From NCBI GenBank assembly GCA_013239625.1, contig MU054026.1, forward strand, positions 868,001 to 932,000: a DNA stretch of 64,000 nt, in the 5' to 3' direction. Of this stretch, positions 40,408 to 52,332 are shown piece by piece. Each line of letters begins with the position of its first letter. The first letter of the stretch is position 1. This DNA comes from Lama guanicoe (taxonomy: Eukaryota). The notes beneath the pieces are model-generated. The model did no database searches. It was not told where the DNA came from and was given only the letters and a program-made list of their open reading frames with translations. Made by a program: the position numbers and the translations under genes.

Positions 40408-43082
40408 AAGATCACTCAGCTTCTCAGTGTCCAGTTCAGGAAGACTACTCAGGTCTTCTGAGTTTAAAGCTGATGTATTCTGAGTTCAAAATGCAAACAA
40501 TCTGGATCCACAAAATCATTTTTTTCTTTATATAATAAGGGCCAAGTTTGTCAGAATTAAAAATAGAAAAAAGTATCAGTAGATAAATTTGAATATATAC
40601 ATATTAATCAAAATATTTGTTTATCTGTGTGTGAGGTTTAAAAACTATCCTGCTTTAACCAACTTTTTCACCTCAGTTACTATCACAGGAGATGAGGTGT
40701 ACTCTGTTATAAATGAATGGAACTGTTAGAAACGTGTGCATTTGCCTTAGAACTAGCTAAAGAGTTGTAGGTAAGCTGTTGTCATATCATGCTATGTTGA
40801 CCCATAGTATTATTCTCTGTCTTAGAATTTTTTCATTCGCTTTTACTTAAATTACCACCAAATCATAAAAACAAAAACGCTAGCTAATTCCTAGAGAAGG
40901 GTAGATTTTTTTTCCTTTTTTTTTTTCTGTCTTTTTGTCTAGCACTCTGTAGACCACATTCAGAGCATCCAGGAACTCCATGAAATTGTATATTTCCATG
41001 TGTGTCTCTGTATCTGTAGGTATGTTTGTAGATGTGGTTGTATGGGTACATATAGATGTAGATACATGGACAAGTAAGTAAATTTTTGTGTGTATATTTT
41101 TCTTGAGACTCCATAGGTTTCCTCAAGCTCAAAAATAATGTAGGACACAAATATAGTTTTTAAAAAGCCCAGCCTTGTAAAAAAAAAAAATAGCATCTTC
41201 TTTTCACAATGACTGCATAAAAACCCAGGCAGATCCTGTCTCACCTACTTCTTAAGACTTCTAAACATTCCCCCACACCTTTTTGTACATCTAATGTGTA
41301 CTTCAGGTTATAGTGTAGGTCCATTTTTATTTGATTTGGAGCTTTTTGTAAAATATGAATATTTTTCTTCAACTCTGCTTTTTCCCACCTTTTTCCTTCT
41401 TGTCTTTCTCATTCCCCGTGATCTCTCTAAACATTTTGTTACCATCCCTCCCTCTGCTTCCTCCCTCCACCAAACTTGATTTTCAGAGATTACTATTTAT
41501 AAGAATCAGGATCTCCAAACCAACCTTGTCAAAATCTCTCCTGACTGCATCTTTCTTTTGTAAAGTATTAATCTCTTCTCTGCATTCCTGTTTATTTCTG
41601 CTCTACCTGAAACTGGTATCTAATTTCAACGTTCATGCAAGATCCCTAACAATTCTCATGAATTTAAGGAAAATAATACCAAGTTCTCCCTAACGAAACA
41701 ACTTGATTATTTTTTGACCTCATTCGATCCTCATAATAGAGAGGTTTGTAGGGCTTACTACTCCTATTTTTAAAATTAAGAAATTCAAGCCCTGAGGAAT
41801 ATGTTTTTGTAATCATAAATTCAATTACCAATGTACCTGAGAATATATCCCACATCTTTTAACTAGTGACCTAAGGCTAACTGCAGCCCTCTACTTGGCT
41901 TTATTACTGAGTAAAACCAAATAATTTTATAGTACTAGGAAAGACAATGTGTTTGTAATAAAAGAACTTAGTTTCAAGCCATAACATTTTTGCTTACTAG
42001 ATTTGTGACTTTATCCAAATATTCAAATACCTTATTTTCTCTGGATAGCACCTTCTTCCTCTGTTGCAAACAAAGGAAATCATCTTCAATTTTCTCTAGT
42101 CTCTTTCTGCTCTAATACATTTAATAGTCTGTTATTTATTGCCTCTTCTAATAAATGAGGAGGTGTTAATGATCAAGCAAGATGTGTGAATAACTCCATC
42201 TTGCTCTTTGGCAATGAGAGTCGGAACACTTGGACTTCCTTGAAGGGACGAGGACAGCTCCCCTACTGATTGTGCTTGTGGACCCCAGTCTAGCCTTTGG
42301 CTCATGTCACACTAAATGCAACAGCACCCGGCTTTACAAGGGGCAAAGGAAACTTAATGGCTTGGAGCAGATTTTGACACGCCTGTGCTTCCCCAATTCT
42401 TGCTAAACTCGATGCTGTTTCTCTTTGTGAATCACTCCACACTCACTCAGTTGTGCCATCGCCAACTGCTCTTATTGGCAGAGCCCTCTGAGGGCTTCAC
42501 AGACCACTGCTGGTGGCACGATGCCAAATGGATCGCGAGACGGATGATCGACAATCAAATAATCATCGCGCCTCGTGGCGGCACAAAATGTAACTGTTAT
42601 CATTATATATGGAGACTTTAAAAACACCATGTTCAATTGTCCATGTGAAAGGAAATTAACAACAAATTACTATTAGGAGCTCCCTTTAAAACAGATGAAT
42701 TGAAAGGCCAAGGACACACACTTCTAGTCAATCACCAATATTTTTTTCATTTTTACCCCTTTCATGTCTTGCATGGTTTAGTTACCCCTCATTTATCCAT
42801 TAACTTGCTGCAAAAGCCTCTTACTTTTACTTTTGGTATTGGTTTTGCCCATTTCGATTTTCCTCACTGTCATGTTTTTCTGGAAGTTTCCCTATATGTC
42901 TCAGAATAAAATCCAATCTGCTTGTCATTACATAAAATGCCTTTCCTGAGAGTCGCCCTTCCAAACTCTCAAGTTTCATCCTTTGCCCCATTCCACTGCT
43001 CATCTTCCACATAAATTCGTCAGCCTGTTGGTCATTTTTTAAACACATGGAAGTCGTTAATAATGATGAATACTTAAATGAA

Positions 43083-43580
43083 TTTTTTAAACTTTTTTAT
43101 TGATTTAGAATCATTTTACAACGTTGTGTCAAATTCCAGTGTTCAGCACAATTTTTCAGTTATACATGAACATGTATATATTCATTGTCACATTTTTTCT
43201 CTGTGACCTACCGTAAGATTTTGTGTATATTTCCCTGTGCTATACCATATAATCTTGTTTATCTATTCTACAATTTTGAAATCCCACCTATCCCTTCCCA
43301 CCCTCTGCCCCCTTGGCAACCACAAGTTTGTATTCTATGTCTGTGAGTCTATTTCTGTTTTGTATTTATGCTTTGTTTTGTTTTTTTTGTTGTTGTTGTT
43401 TTTGTTTTTCAGATTCCACATATGAGCGATCTCATATGGTATTTTTCTTTCTCTTTCTGGCTTACTTCACTTAGAATGACATTCTCCAGGAGCATCCATG
43501 TTGCTGCAAATGGCGTCATGTTGTCGGTTTTTATGGCTGAGTAGTATTCCATTGTACAAATATACCACATCTTCTTTATC
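43083..43580 (-). mobile_element. Young 5'-truncated L1 3' end
   Basis: Near-identical reverse complement of 8408-8895; cttaaatg flanks at 43073-43080 and 43580-43587. Confidence 0.95.
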
Positions 43581-43734
43581 TTAAATGGATATTTTTAATG
43601 AGATAAATAGCTTACTTTGCAAAGTCCTGAGTTAGGTATTCCTAGCAGGGTTAATTTTTAGTTGAGCCTGGATGTATGCAATTGGCCCTGGGCAGGGACT
43701 GCAGCTCAGACAGAAATCATTTATATTGAGTACT

Positions 43735-44592
43735 TTACTGGGCTAAATGGCGGCCTTCTGAAAGATACACCTCGGCACTAATTCCTGGAACTTGTGACTA
43801 TTACTCTACATGGCAGAAGTAAATAACTACCATGTGTCTGAGTCAGTTTTAGGTACTATAGCGTAATACATTTCACTGGGTGGCTTAAACAACAAAGACT
43901 TTATTTCTCACGGTTCTGGAAGCTGGGAAGTCCTACGCCAAGGTGCTGGCAGGTCCGGGTGTGATGAGGGCCCTCTTCCTGGTTTGTAGATGACTGTCTT
44001 CTCATATCCTCATGTGGCGGAGAGCAGAGGGAGGAGGAGCAAGCGTATGTTTCTTCTTATAAGGACATTAGTGCTGTTCATGAAGGCTCCATGGCTCACG
44101 TACCTCACTGCCTCCCAAGCACTCGTCTCCTATCACCATCACGTTGGGATATTAGGATCTCAACATGCACATTTGTGTGGGATGTAAATATCAAGTTCAT
44201 AACACCACATATGACAAAAACAGGTAAGTAAGTTAAGGATCTTGGACAAAGATGCTTATCCTGCACGATCTGGGTTAGCCCTAACTGCAATCACATGCAT
44301 CCTTATGGGAGAGAGGCACAGGGAGTTTTGAGACAGAAAAGGAGAAAGCATGTGACCAGGCAGAGATTAGAGTAATGAGACAAGCCAAAGAATTTTTAGA
44401 GCCGCCAGAAGGTGGAAGAGGCAAATAATACTTCTTCACTAGAGATGTTGGAGGAAGCATGGCTTTGCTAATACCAGGATTTGGGATTTAAAATCTCCAG
44501 AACTGAGAGAGAATACATTTGTATTGTTTTAAGCCACTAAATTTGCTGTAATTGGTCACAAGTATTTTAGGTAGAAACTAGGTAACTAGACA
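43735..44592 (+). mobile_element. MLT1D-like LTR (host of a nested MLT1)
   Basis: 'ctaattcctggaacttgtgactattact' resumes after the insert as 'ttaaggatcttgga..ttatcctgcacgatctggg..ctccagaactgagagagaatacattt..ttttaagccactaa'. Confidence 0.8.
43835..44204 (-). mobile_element. MLT1A/B-like LTR nested in opposite orientation
   Basis: 'ctgggtggcttaaacaacaaagactttatttctcacggttctggaagctgggaagtcc...cataaca'; flanks ccatg / ccaca. Confidence 0.88.
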
Positions 44593-44999
44593 AGTATTCA
44601 AGCAAACAGGATCAACTGAAGACATATAAATGGTTTTCCCAATGTCAGATTATCATCTTCACATTAGAGACAATTAAAGATTATTTAATCATACATTTTA
44701 TTTTACAGAGAAGAAAGTTGAAGACCGTAGAAGCTTCAGTGCCTTCCCAAATGTGTACATGTGATGAGTGGCAAAGCGATGGAAAGAGTTCATTTCTACT
44801 GAGGCCCCACAAGTCTCCCTTCATCAGTCCTTGCTGACCACTTAGTTGAAAATGGCACCCTATTCAAGTTAACTTTATTTGCAATTATAAAACGTTGAAA
44901 TATGTCTAATTATCTAACAATAGGAAATTGGTTTAGATAAGTTATGTTACATCTAAATTATAGGATACTGGAAGCTATTAAAATATTGTATTAAAAAGT

Positions 45000-46980
45000 G
45001 AAAGATAAAATTGTCACTGTATGCAGATGATGTGATGCTATATATTGAAAGCCCTAAAAATGCAACACAAAAACTACTAGAGTTGATAAACAAATTCAGT
45101 AAGGTAGTAGGTTACAAGATTAACATACAAAAATCTGTTGCATTTCCTTACTAACAATGAAATATCAGAAAAGGAAAGTTAAAAAAAACTATTTTAAAAT
45201 CACTTCAAACATAAAATATTTACGAATAAACTTAATGAAGGAGGTGAAAGACATATTCTGAGAACTATAAAACACTGAAGGAGGAAATTAAAGATGATTT
45301 AAGGAAATAGAAAGATATCCTATGCTCTTGGAATGGAAGAATTAATACTGTTAAAATAGCCATACTGTCCAAAGCAATCTACAGATTTAATGCAATCTCT
45401 ATCAGATTACCCAAGACATGATTCACAGAAATGGAGCACATAATCCTAAAATTTATATGGAATCACAAAGGACCCAGAATCACCAAAGCAATACTGAAGA
45501 AATAGAACAAAGCTGGAGGCATATCCCTCTCAGACTTCAGACAGTTCTTCAAAGCTACAGTAACTAAAACAACATGGTATATGCACAAAAATAGATACTT
45601 AAATCAATGGAACAAAATAGAGAGCCCAGAAATAAACCCACACACTTACAGTCAGTTGATCTTTGAGAAAGGAGGCAAGAATACATGATGGAGAAAAGAC
45701 AGCCTCTTTGGGAAGTTGTGTTGGGAAAGCTGGAGAGTTGCATCTAAATCAATGAATTTAGAACACTCCTTCATGCTGTACACAAAATAGACTCAAAATG
45801 GCTTAAAGACTTCATTATAAGACAAGACACCATAAATTTCCTAGAAAAGAACATAAGCAAAAACATTATTTGACATAAATCATAGCAATGTTTTCCTTGA
45901 TCAGTCTACCAAGGCAACAGAAATAAAACCAAAAATAAACAAATGGGACCTAATAAAACTTATAAGCTTTTGCACAGCAAAAGGAACCATGAACAAATTG
46001 AAAATACAATCTATGGATTGGGAGAAAATATTTGCCAATGATGTGACTGACAGGGCTCAACTACCAGAATATATAAATACAACTCAATAACAAAAAATCA
46101 AAAAATAGGCAGAAGACCTAAACAGACATTTCTCCAATGAAGTAATACCAATGGCCAATGAAAATATTGCTAATTATCACAGAACTGCAAATCAATGAGA
46201 TACCACCTCACACTGGTCAGAATGGCCACCATTAAAAAGTCCATAATCAATAAATGTTGGAGAGGATGTGGAGGAAAAGGAACCCTCCTGCACTGTGGAT
46301 GGGAACTTAGTTTGGTGCAGACACTATAAAAAACAGTATGGAGATTCCTTAAAAAAACTAAAAATAGACTCACCATATGACCCAGCACTCTCACTCCTGA
46401 GCATATATATGGAGAAAACTCTAATTTCAAAAGATGCATGCACCTCAGTACGTTCAGCAGCACAATTTACAGTGGCCAAGACATGGACGCAACCTAATTG
46501 GATGACTGAATAAAGAAGTCATGGTATATACATATAATGAAATACTACTCAGCCATGAAAAAGAATGAAATACTGCTATTTGCAGCAACATGGATGGGCC
46601 TAGAGATTATCATTCTAAGTGAAGTCAGACAGAAAAAGGTAAATATCATATATCACTTATATGTGTAATTAAAAAAATTAATTTTTAAAAAATGGACTTA
46701 TTTACAAAACAGAAATGGACCCACAGACACAGAAAACAAATTATGGTCATTAAAGGGGAAGGAGGTGAAGGGATAAGTTAAGAGTCTGGGATGAGCAGAT
46801 ACAAACTATTGTATACAAAATAGATAAACAACAAGGTCCAATGGTACAGTACAGAAAACTATTCAGTAGCTTGTAATAATCTATAATGAAAAAGAATATA
46901 AAAATATAAAGATATAATTGAGTCACAATGCTGTACACCAGAAACGAACACAGCATTGTAAATCAACTATACTTCAATTT
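45000..46980 (+). mobile_element. 2-kb 5'-truncated L1 (RT YADD motif to 3'UTR), inactivated
   Basis: 'ctgtatgcagatgatgtgatgctatat' = LYADDVMLY; continuous ORF2 homology with stops and frameshifts; 3'UTR; ttaaaaagt on both flanks. Confidence 0.95.
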
Positions 46981-49039
46981 TAAAAAGTCTAAGAATGTGT
47001 ATGGAAATTAATTCACAACATATTATTAGGGAAAACAAGCAGTTCATAAAAAGAAATTCTGGGGATAATCTCACTTTTAAAAAGAAATCATACAAGATAT
47101 TTTAAAATATAGATTTAAAGATTATATACCAAAGTGTTAACTGTAGTTATGCATGAAGACAAAGATTATAGATGACTTTTATGTTCTTTTATATTATTTT
47201 ATAATTTGTTCACAATAAACATATATTGATTATGAAATGAAAAGGTTTTTCTTCTCAAATTTCAAAGAATACTTACTGTATGTCTATCCCTCAGGTGCCG
47301 CTCAGGAGACCAACTAGACACCTAGACATTGTGTCTAAATCTTACCTGAGTGTTGAGTTAGCAGGGTGAGATTTAGGGTCATTGAGAGGCAGGAGGTAAA
47401 GTAAGAACAAACAACAAAGAAGCAAGAATAAATATGATTGGTAGATGGATAAAGGGATGGCCAATATGCTGGCTAGAAGATAGCAAGTTTGAGGGTGAGC
47501 CTTGGCTATCTTCCCAGTTATTTATGTATCATGATTTGTGTTGACATTATTAATTCTCTGGATACATTATTTTGAAGACTCAAGTTTTCGTCTCCAAGTC
47601 TAATCTCAGATAAGGCAGCCTATGGAATAGTCACACAGCATAACAGCATGAAGATGTGTCTTTCATCAAGATGGAAGTCTGCTGAAACCTGACTTACCAG
47701 GGAGGGGATGGCTGGTGATGGAAAAGAAGAGTTAGAAATAGCTTAATCTGAGAACTGGTGAAAATTCAGTCAAAGAGCAAAAGTTTATGCAAATCTGTGT
47801 TTGTATTCTTGTGAACTTTACCTCTTGGGCTACTCCACTGGCCGTAGAAATTTAGTGAAGTTAATTTTCCAGTGAAAGTTAACTTTTGAACAAGGTGGAA
47901 AAGAGAATCAGAAACAGTCCAATCTGATAAGAAAAGTAATGATAAGAAAAATAAATATTTTAAGAAATTACTGGTGTTTTTTAAATCTTACCCTGTAGCA
48001 ATATCTGGCTATACTTATAACTGAAATAAATTGTTATTCTTAGCACTTTTGGGGGAGTGAAAATTTATATAACTCTCCTGGGAAACAATTTGGCTTTAGC
48101 AATTTGTCCAAAAATCTTGAGGGAATAATTTTAAAGGCAGACAAAAAAAATCATGTATAAATATGCCATCACTGTGATATTCATAATATTGAAAACTAAG
48201 AAATAAATTAAATGTGTAAAATCAATGAATAATTAACATATTGTGCCAAAATATGAGGGACTATTCTGTAGTCATTATAAATGACATTTATAAAGAATTT
48301 AGTGGAAAAATGTAGAAATATTAATTTATACATAAAACATTATAACTATATACACTTTGTATATATACATGCACACACAAAATACTTTTATAAGTTTATC
48401 AACATGACACGATGCATACCATTTTTCAAGAACATGTCTACTAGATATAGTGATGGTGTCAGTAATGTCATATTCATCTTTCTCTTTGCAAAGTCATGAA
48501 TGTCTTATTTTTACCTCTATCAAAAATCCATAAATACTTAAGATAAAGATACAGACTAATTGGAGAAATGGAGAAAAGAAAACATCAAAATAACAAATAT
48601 CCTTTTTTTATTAAAAAACAGCACATACAGATAAGACCTTACTTGTTTCCTAAGTGTTTTAGCAACACACTGTATAATTAGTAGAGTGGTAAATGATTAT
48701 TAGGAGAAGTCTTTGAATGCTGGGATAGTTCTTAGCAGTTTTGGACCCAAGAAGGGACAAAATACAACCTATAAAACACCATAGATGGTATTCTTTAGAG
48801 AAATGCCTTAACATACACATACACAAAATGAAATATGAAAGGTTTACAATGAGAAGTAGCAACCTTTCAAACTGGTGTTTACATCTTTATCTTCTCATGG
48901 ACACTACTTGGCTAGCACAGAAGTACTTAGTATATATAGACAATGTTGCAGCCATTGCTTGTCACCTACTCAAAATCTTACTCTCTAGTCTCCTCCCCCA
49001 CAACAGTCCTTCCCTACTAAGGCAGCTCTGATTTTTGTC

Positions 49040-49515
49040 TTATAGCAAAAGACTATGCACCTCCAGAAAGGTTGGATCAGAAGGCAGATCTTGTTTTGAC
49101 TAAAGCAATCATGGTAATAACATCCCCATTACCAGTGACATGTGATGTCATTCAGGTCAATGAGATATGACAGTGAGTCTGAAGTAAGGCTTCTGGGAAG
49201 ATTTCTTAGCTCTTAAAGTAATAGGGCAGGAATGGTGCCTTTTCATTCCTATGGATGTAGACAGATATTGGGAGATGTGATGCCACTGCTATCATGCAAC
49301 CATAAGGAAGCTAGTCAGACATTAAGGATGACAGACCAAAAGCTCAAAAGAATGCAGGTCCTTCAAGACACTTATGAGATACTGAATTAACCAACAGGAG
49401 CCACCTTGGAAACATCCTACATTATACTTCTTCTTATGTGAGGAGACGGATCTTTTTTATGGTGAAGTTCTTCTGAGTTGGATATTCTGTTGCTCAAAAC
49501 TGAAATGATTTCAAC
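49040..49515 (+). mobile_element. Ancient ERVL-class LTR (LTR16-like)
   Basis: 'ggcttctgggaagatttcttagctcttaaag..gatgtgatgcc..ccataagg..gagttggatattctgttgct'. Confidence 0.6.
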
Positions 49516-50087
49516 AAATATAGAAAGTAAAGGAAATGTTGAGTTGAATTCAGTTAGAAGTATAATGTCAGGTCTATGTCCACTAAGCAGACTCAAAGGG
49601 CTGGGAGACAAGATAGAGAGTCACAGATCGTTTCAAACAGGAGTTAGAATCTTCATTAAATCTCTACAGTGATGAGAAGCCTTTAGTGTGTTTCAACAAG
49701 AAAGAGATAAGATTTAATTTTGCTATTTTTAATTCATTTTTAATGTGCCTCCAATCATTTTCTCTACCCTATTTGGAATTAATCCTTCTTATATAATGAG
49801 GTTGTTTTGCTTCCATTTTCCCCTTAGTCATGTTGCTTTTTTGTTGATCTTTGATAAGTCCTATGATCTTAATACTAATGCTAGTGATCCAACTCTAGAC
49901 TTTCGACCTTATTTCTCTTCTGTTCTATTTGCCTTTTGGCTTTGGATATGGCATTCAGGGCTTTCAGTCTCCCCAAATATAAAACTCTTTTAAACCCAAA
50001 TGGTCAGAATGAGGGCTGTGTTTACCAAAATAAATATTAATGTGACTGAAGAATCCCTTTTCAAGGTAAATAATTAGTATTAATACC

Positions 50088-50373
50088 TAAATAGGTATTT
50101 TTCAAAAGAAGATATACAGATGGCCAGCACACACATAAAGAGATGCACAATATCACTAATCCTCAGGGAAATGCGAATCAAAACCACGGTGAGATATCAC
50201 CTCATACTTTTCAGAATGGTTATCACCAAAAAGACCACAAATAACAAATATTGGTGAAGATATGGAGAAAAAGATAAAGGAAAACCTTGTGCACTGTTGG
50301 TGGAAATGTAAATGGTGCAGTCACTATGGAAAATGGTATGAAGCTTCCTCAAAGATTTAAAAATGGAACTACT
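50088..50373 (+). mobile_element. L1 ORF2 C-terminal fragment directly upstream of the long L1
   Basis: 'aaagaagatatacagatggcc..cagggaaatgcgaatcaaaaccacggtgagatatcacctca..cactgttggtggaaatgtaaat'. Confidence 0.88.
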
Positions 50374-51043
50374 AGAATTGCCAAGATGATGGAGATAAGT
50401 ACGTATAGCTCTTCCTTGCCCACAAATACATCAGAATCTACAGATTGAACAATTTGTACAGGATATCTACTAAACCTTGACAGAATATCTCTTACTTTGG
50501 AAATACAAAAAGATTCCTCACAAAAAACGAGTGGGAGGAAGAAAAGAAAGAAAGAAAAAAGGAAATCAGTGTGGGACCTGTCCTGCAGGGAGGGAGCAGC
50601 AAAGGAGGAAAAGCGCCCTCACTCTGGGACACTCCCCCCCCAGCAGGAAGGTCAGCAAGGGCAGAAAGGGAGCTTCCAAGGCTTGGAGTAGAAAGCAGCA
50701 GCTCCTTGGCAGGCAGAACTGAGAGAAATCAGCACAGAGAGTCCCTGTGATCCCTAACTTGAGACTCAAGATGGCAGGGATGGGCCAGCATTGGCTGCTG
50801 GGGTTAGGGTTTCTGTAGATGAGCCCAGGGAGAGGAGGTTGACTGCACCGAGGCAGCCTCAAGGGGCTAGAATGTGGTACAGGTTGTGGCTGGGAGTATG
50901 CAAAACAGAACAACCTGGGACCCTCATAAAAAGCACCCCTGCTGGTACATGTGGAGGGAAGGGGTGTCACACAGCTGGGTCATAGCCACCATCTCTACTA
51001 GCCAAGAGGGCATTGCTTGGCACCATTGCTGATATGCATTCTC

Positions 51044-51935
51044 ATGAGAACAGAGGCAGAGGAACCACTCCCAATTAAAAAAATGAAAAAAAAAAGAAGT
51101 CCCCTGAAAGAATGAACAATGAAATAGACCTTGACAGTCTACTAGATCATGACTTCAAAAAAGGAGGTGATAAAAGCACTGAAGGAAATGAGAGACTATC
51201 AATAGAAATGCAGAGTACTATAAAAAGGAAGTAGAAACTATAAAGAGGAGCCACTTAAAACCAGAAAACTCAGTTGCTGAGATAAAAGCTGAGCTAAAGG
51301 ATGCCAAAAGCAGACTAGACAATGCAGGGGAATGAATAAGTGACTTAGAAGAGAGGATAACAGAACTCACCCAAATCAAGACAGAAATGCAAGTAAAAAT
51401 CATCTAAAGCAATATAAAGGACCTATGGGATACTACGAAGTGTGCCAATCAATGCATACTAAGTGCCCCAGGAGCAGAAGAAAGAGAAAAGGGGATTGGA
51501 AAGGTATTTGAAGAAATAATGACTGAAAAAGTCCTAAACCTAAAGAAGGAAGCAGATATACAGGCATAGGAAGGACAGAAGGTCCTAAAAAAGAACCCAA
51601 ACAGACCTAGAGAAAGACGTATTATAATTATGATGACAAAAGTTTAAGATGAAACAAAGATTCTAAAGGCAGCAAGAGAAAAACAAAGGGTTACAAGGGA
51701 ACCTCCATAAGAATTTCAGCTGATTTCTCTATACAAACACTGTTGGCCACAAGGGAGTGGGGAGATATATTCAAAGTCATGAATGAGAACAAAACCCTGT
51801 AACCTAGAATACTGTACCCTACAAGACTACCCTTTAGAATAGAAGAGGAGATAAAGATTAACAGAAAAGCAAAAACTAAAAGAATTCAGCAATACTAAAC
51901 TTATTCTAAAAGAAATATTGGAAAGTCTACTCTAA
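51044..51935 (+). pseudogene. L1 ORF1p remnant (disrupted)
   Basis: RQRNHSQLK near the start, coiled-coil region, 'ILKAAREK', 'GTSIRISADFS', ending EILESLL*; contains stops and frameshifts. Confidence 0.85.
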
Positions 51936-52332
51936 ATAGAAAAGAACCAGGAAGCTATAGAAAAGAGAAAACTATAATTGGAAATGCAATGACTGCAATA
52001 AGCTGCAAGAGAATAAACAAGAAGATGTAAAAGAGGACATCAAAATCATAAAAGGTGGAAGAGAGGAACAATAAAATGTAGATTTTTTTTGTTGTTCTTC
52101 TTCTTATAATGTGTTTGAGCCTATATGACTACCAATATAAAGCAAACAGAGACACTAATGGGCTAAAATACTTGAAAAACAAGGTAACCACAAATCAAAA
52201 GCTTTCAAAAGAGTCACAAAAAACAAAAAGAAACCAAGCTAATACAAAAGAAAATTAATATGAGATAAAGAAAAACTAAAAGAAAAAAGAAAAAAGAAGA
52301 AATACCAAATTACCTGGAAAACAAAGTTTAAA

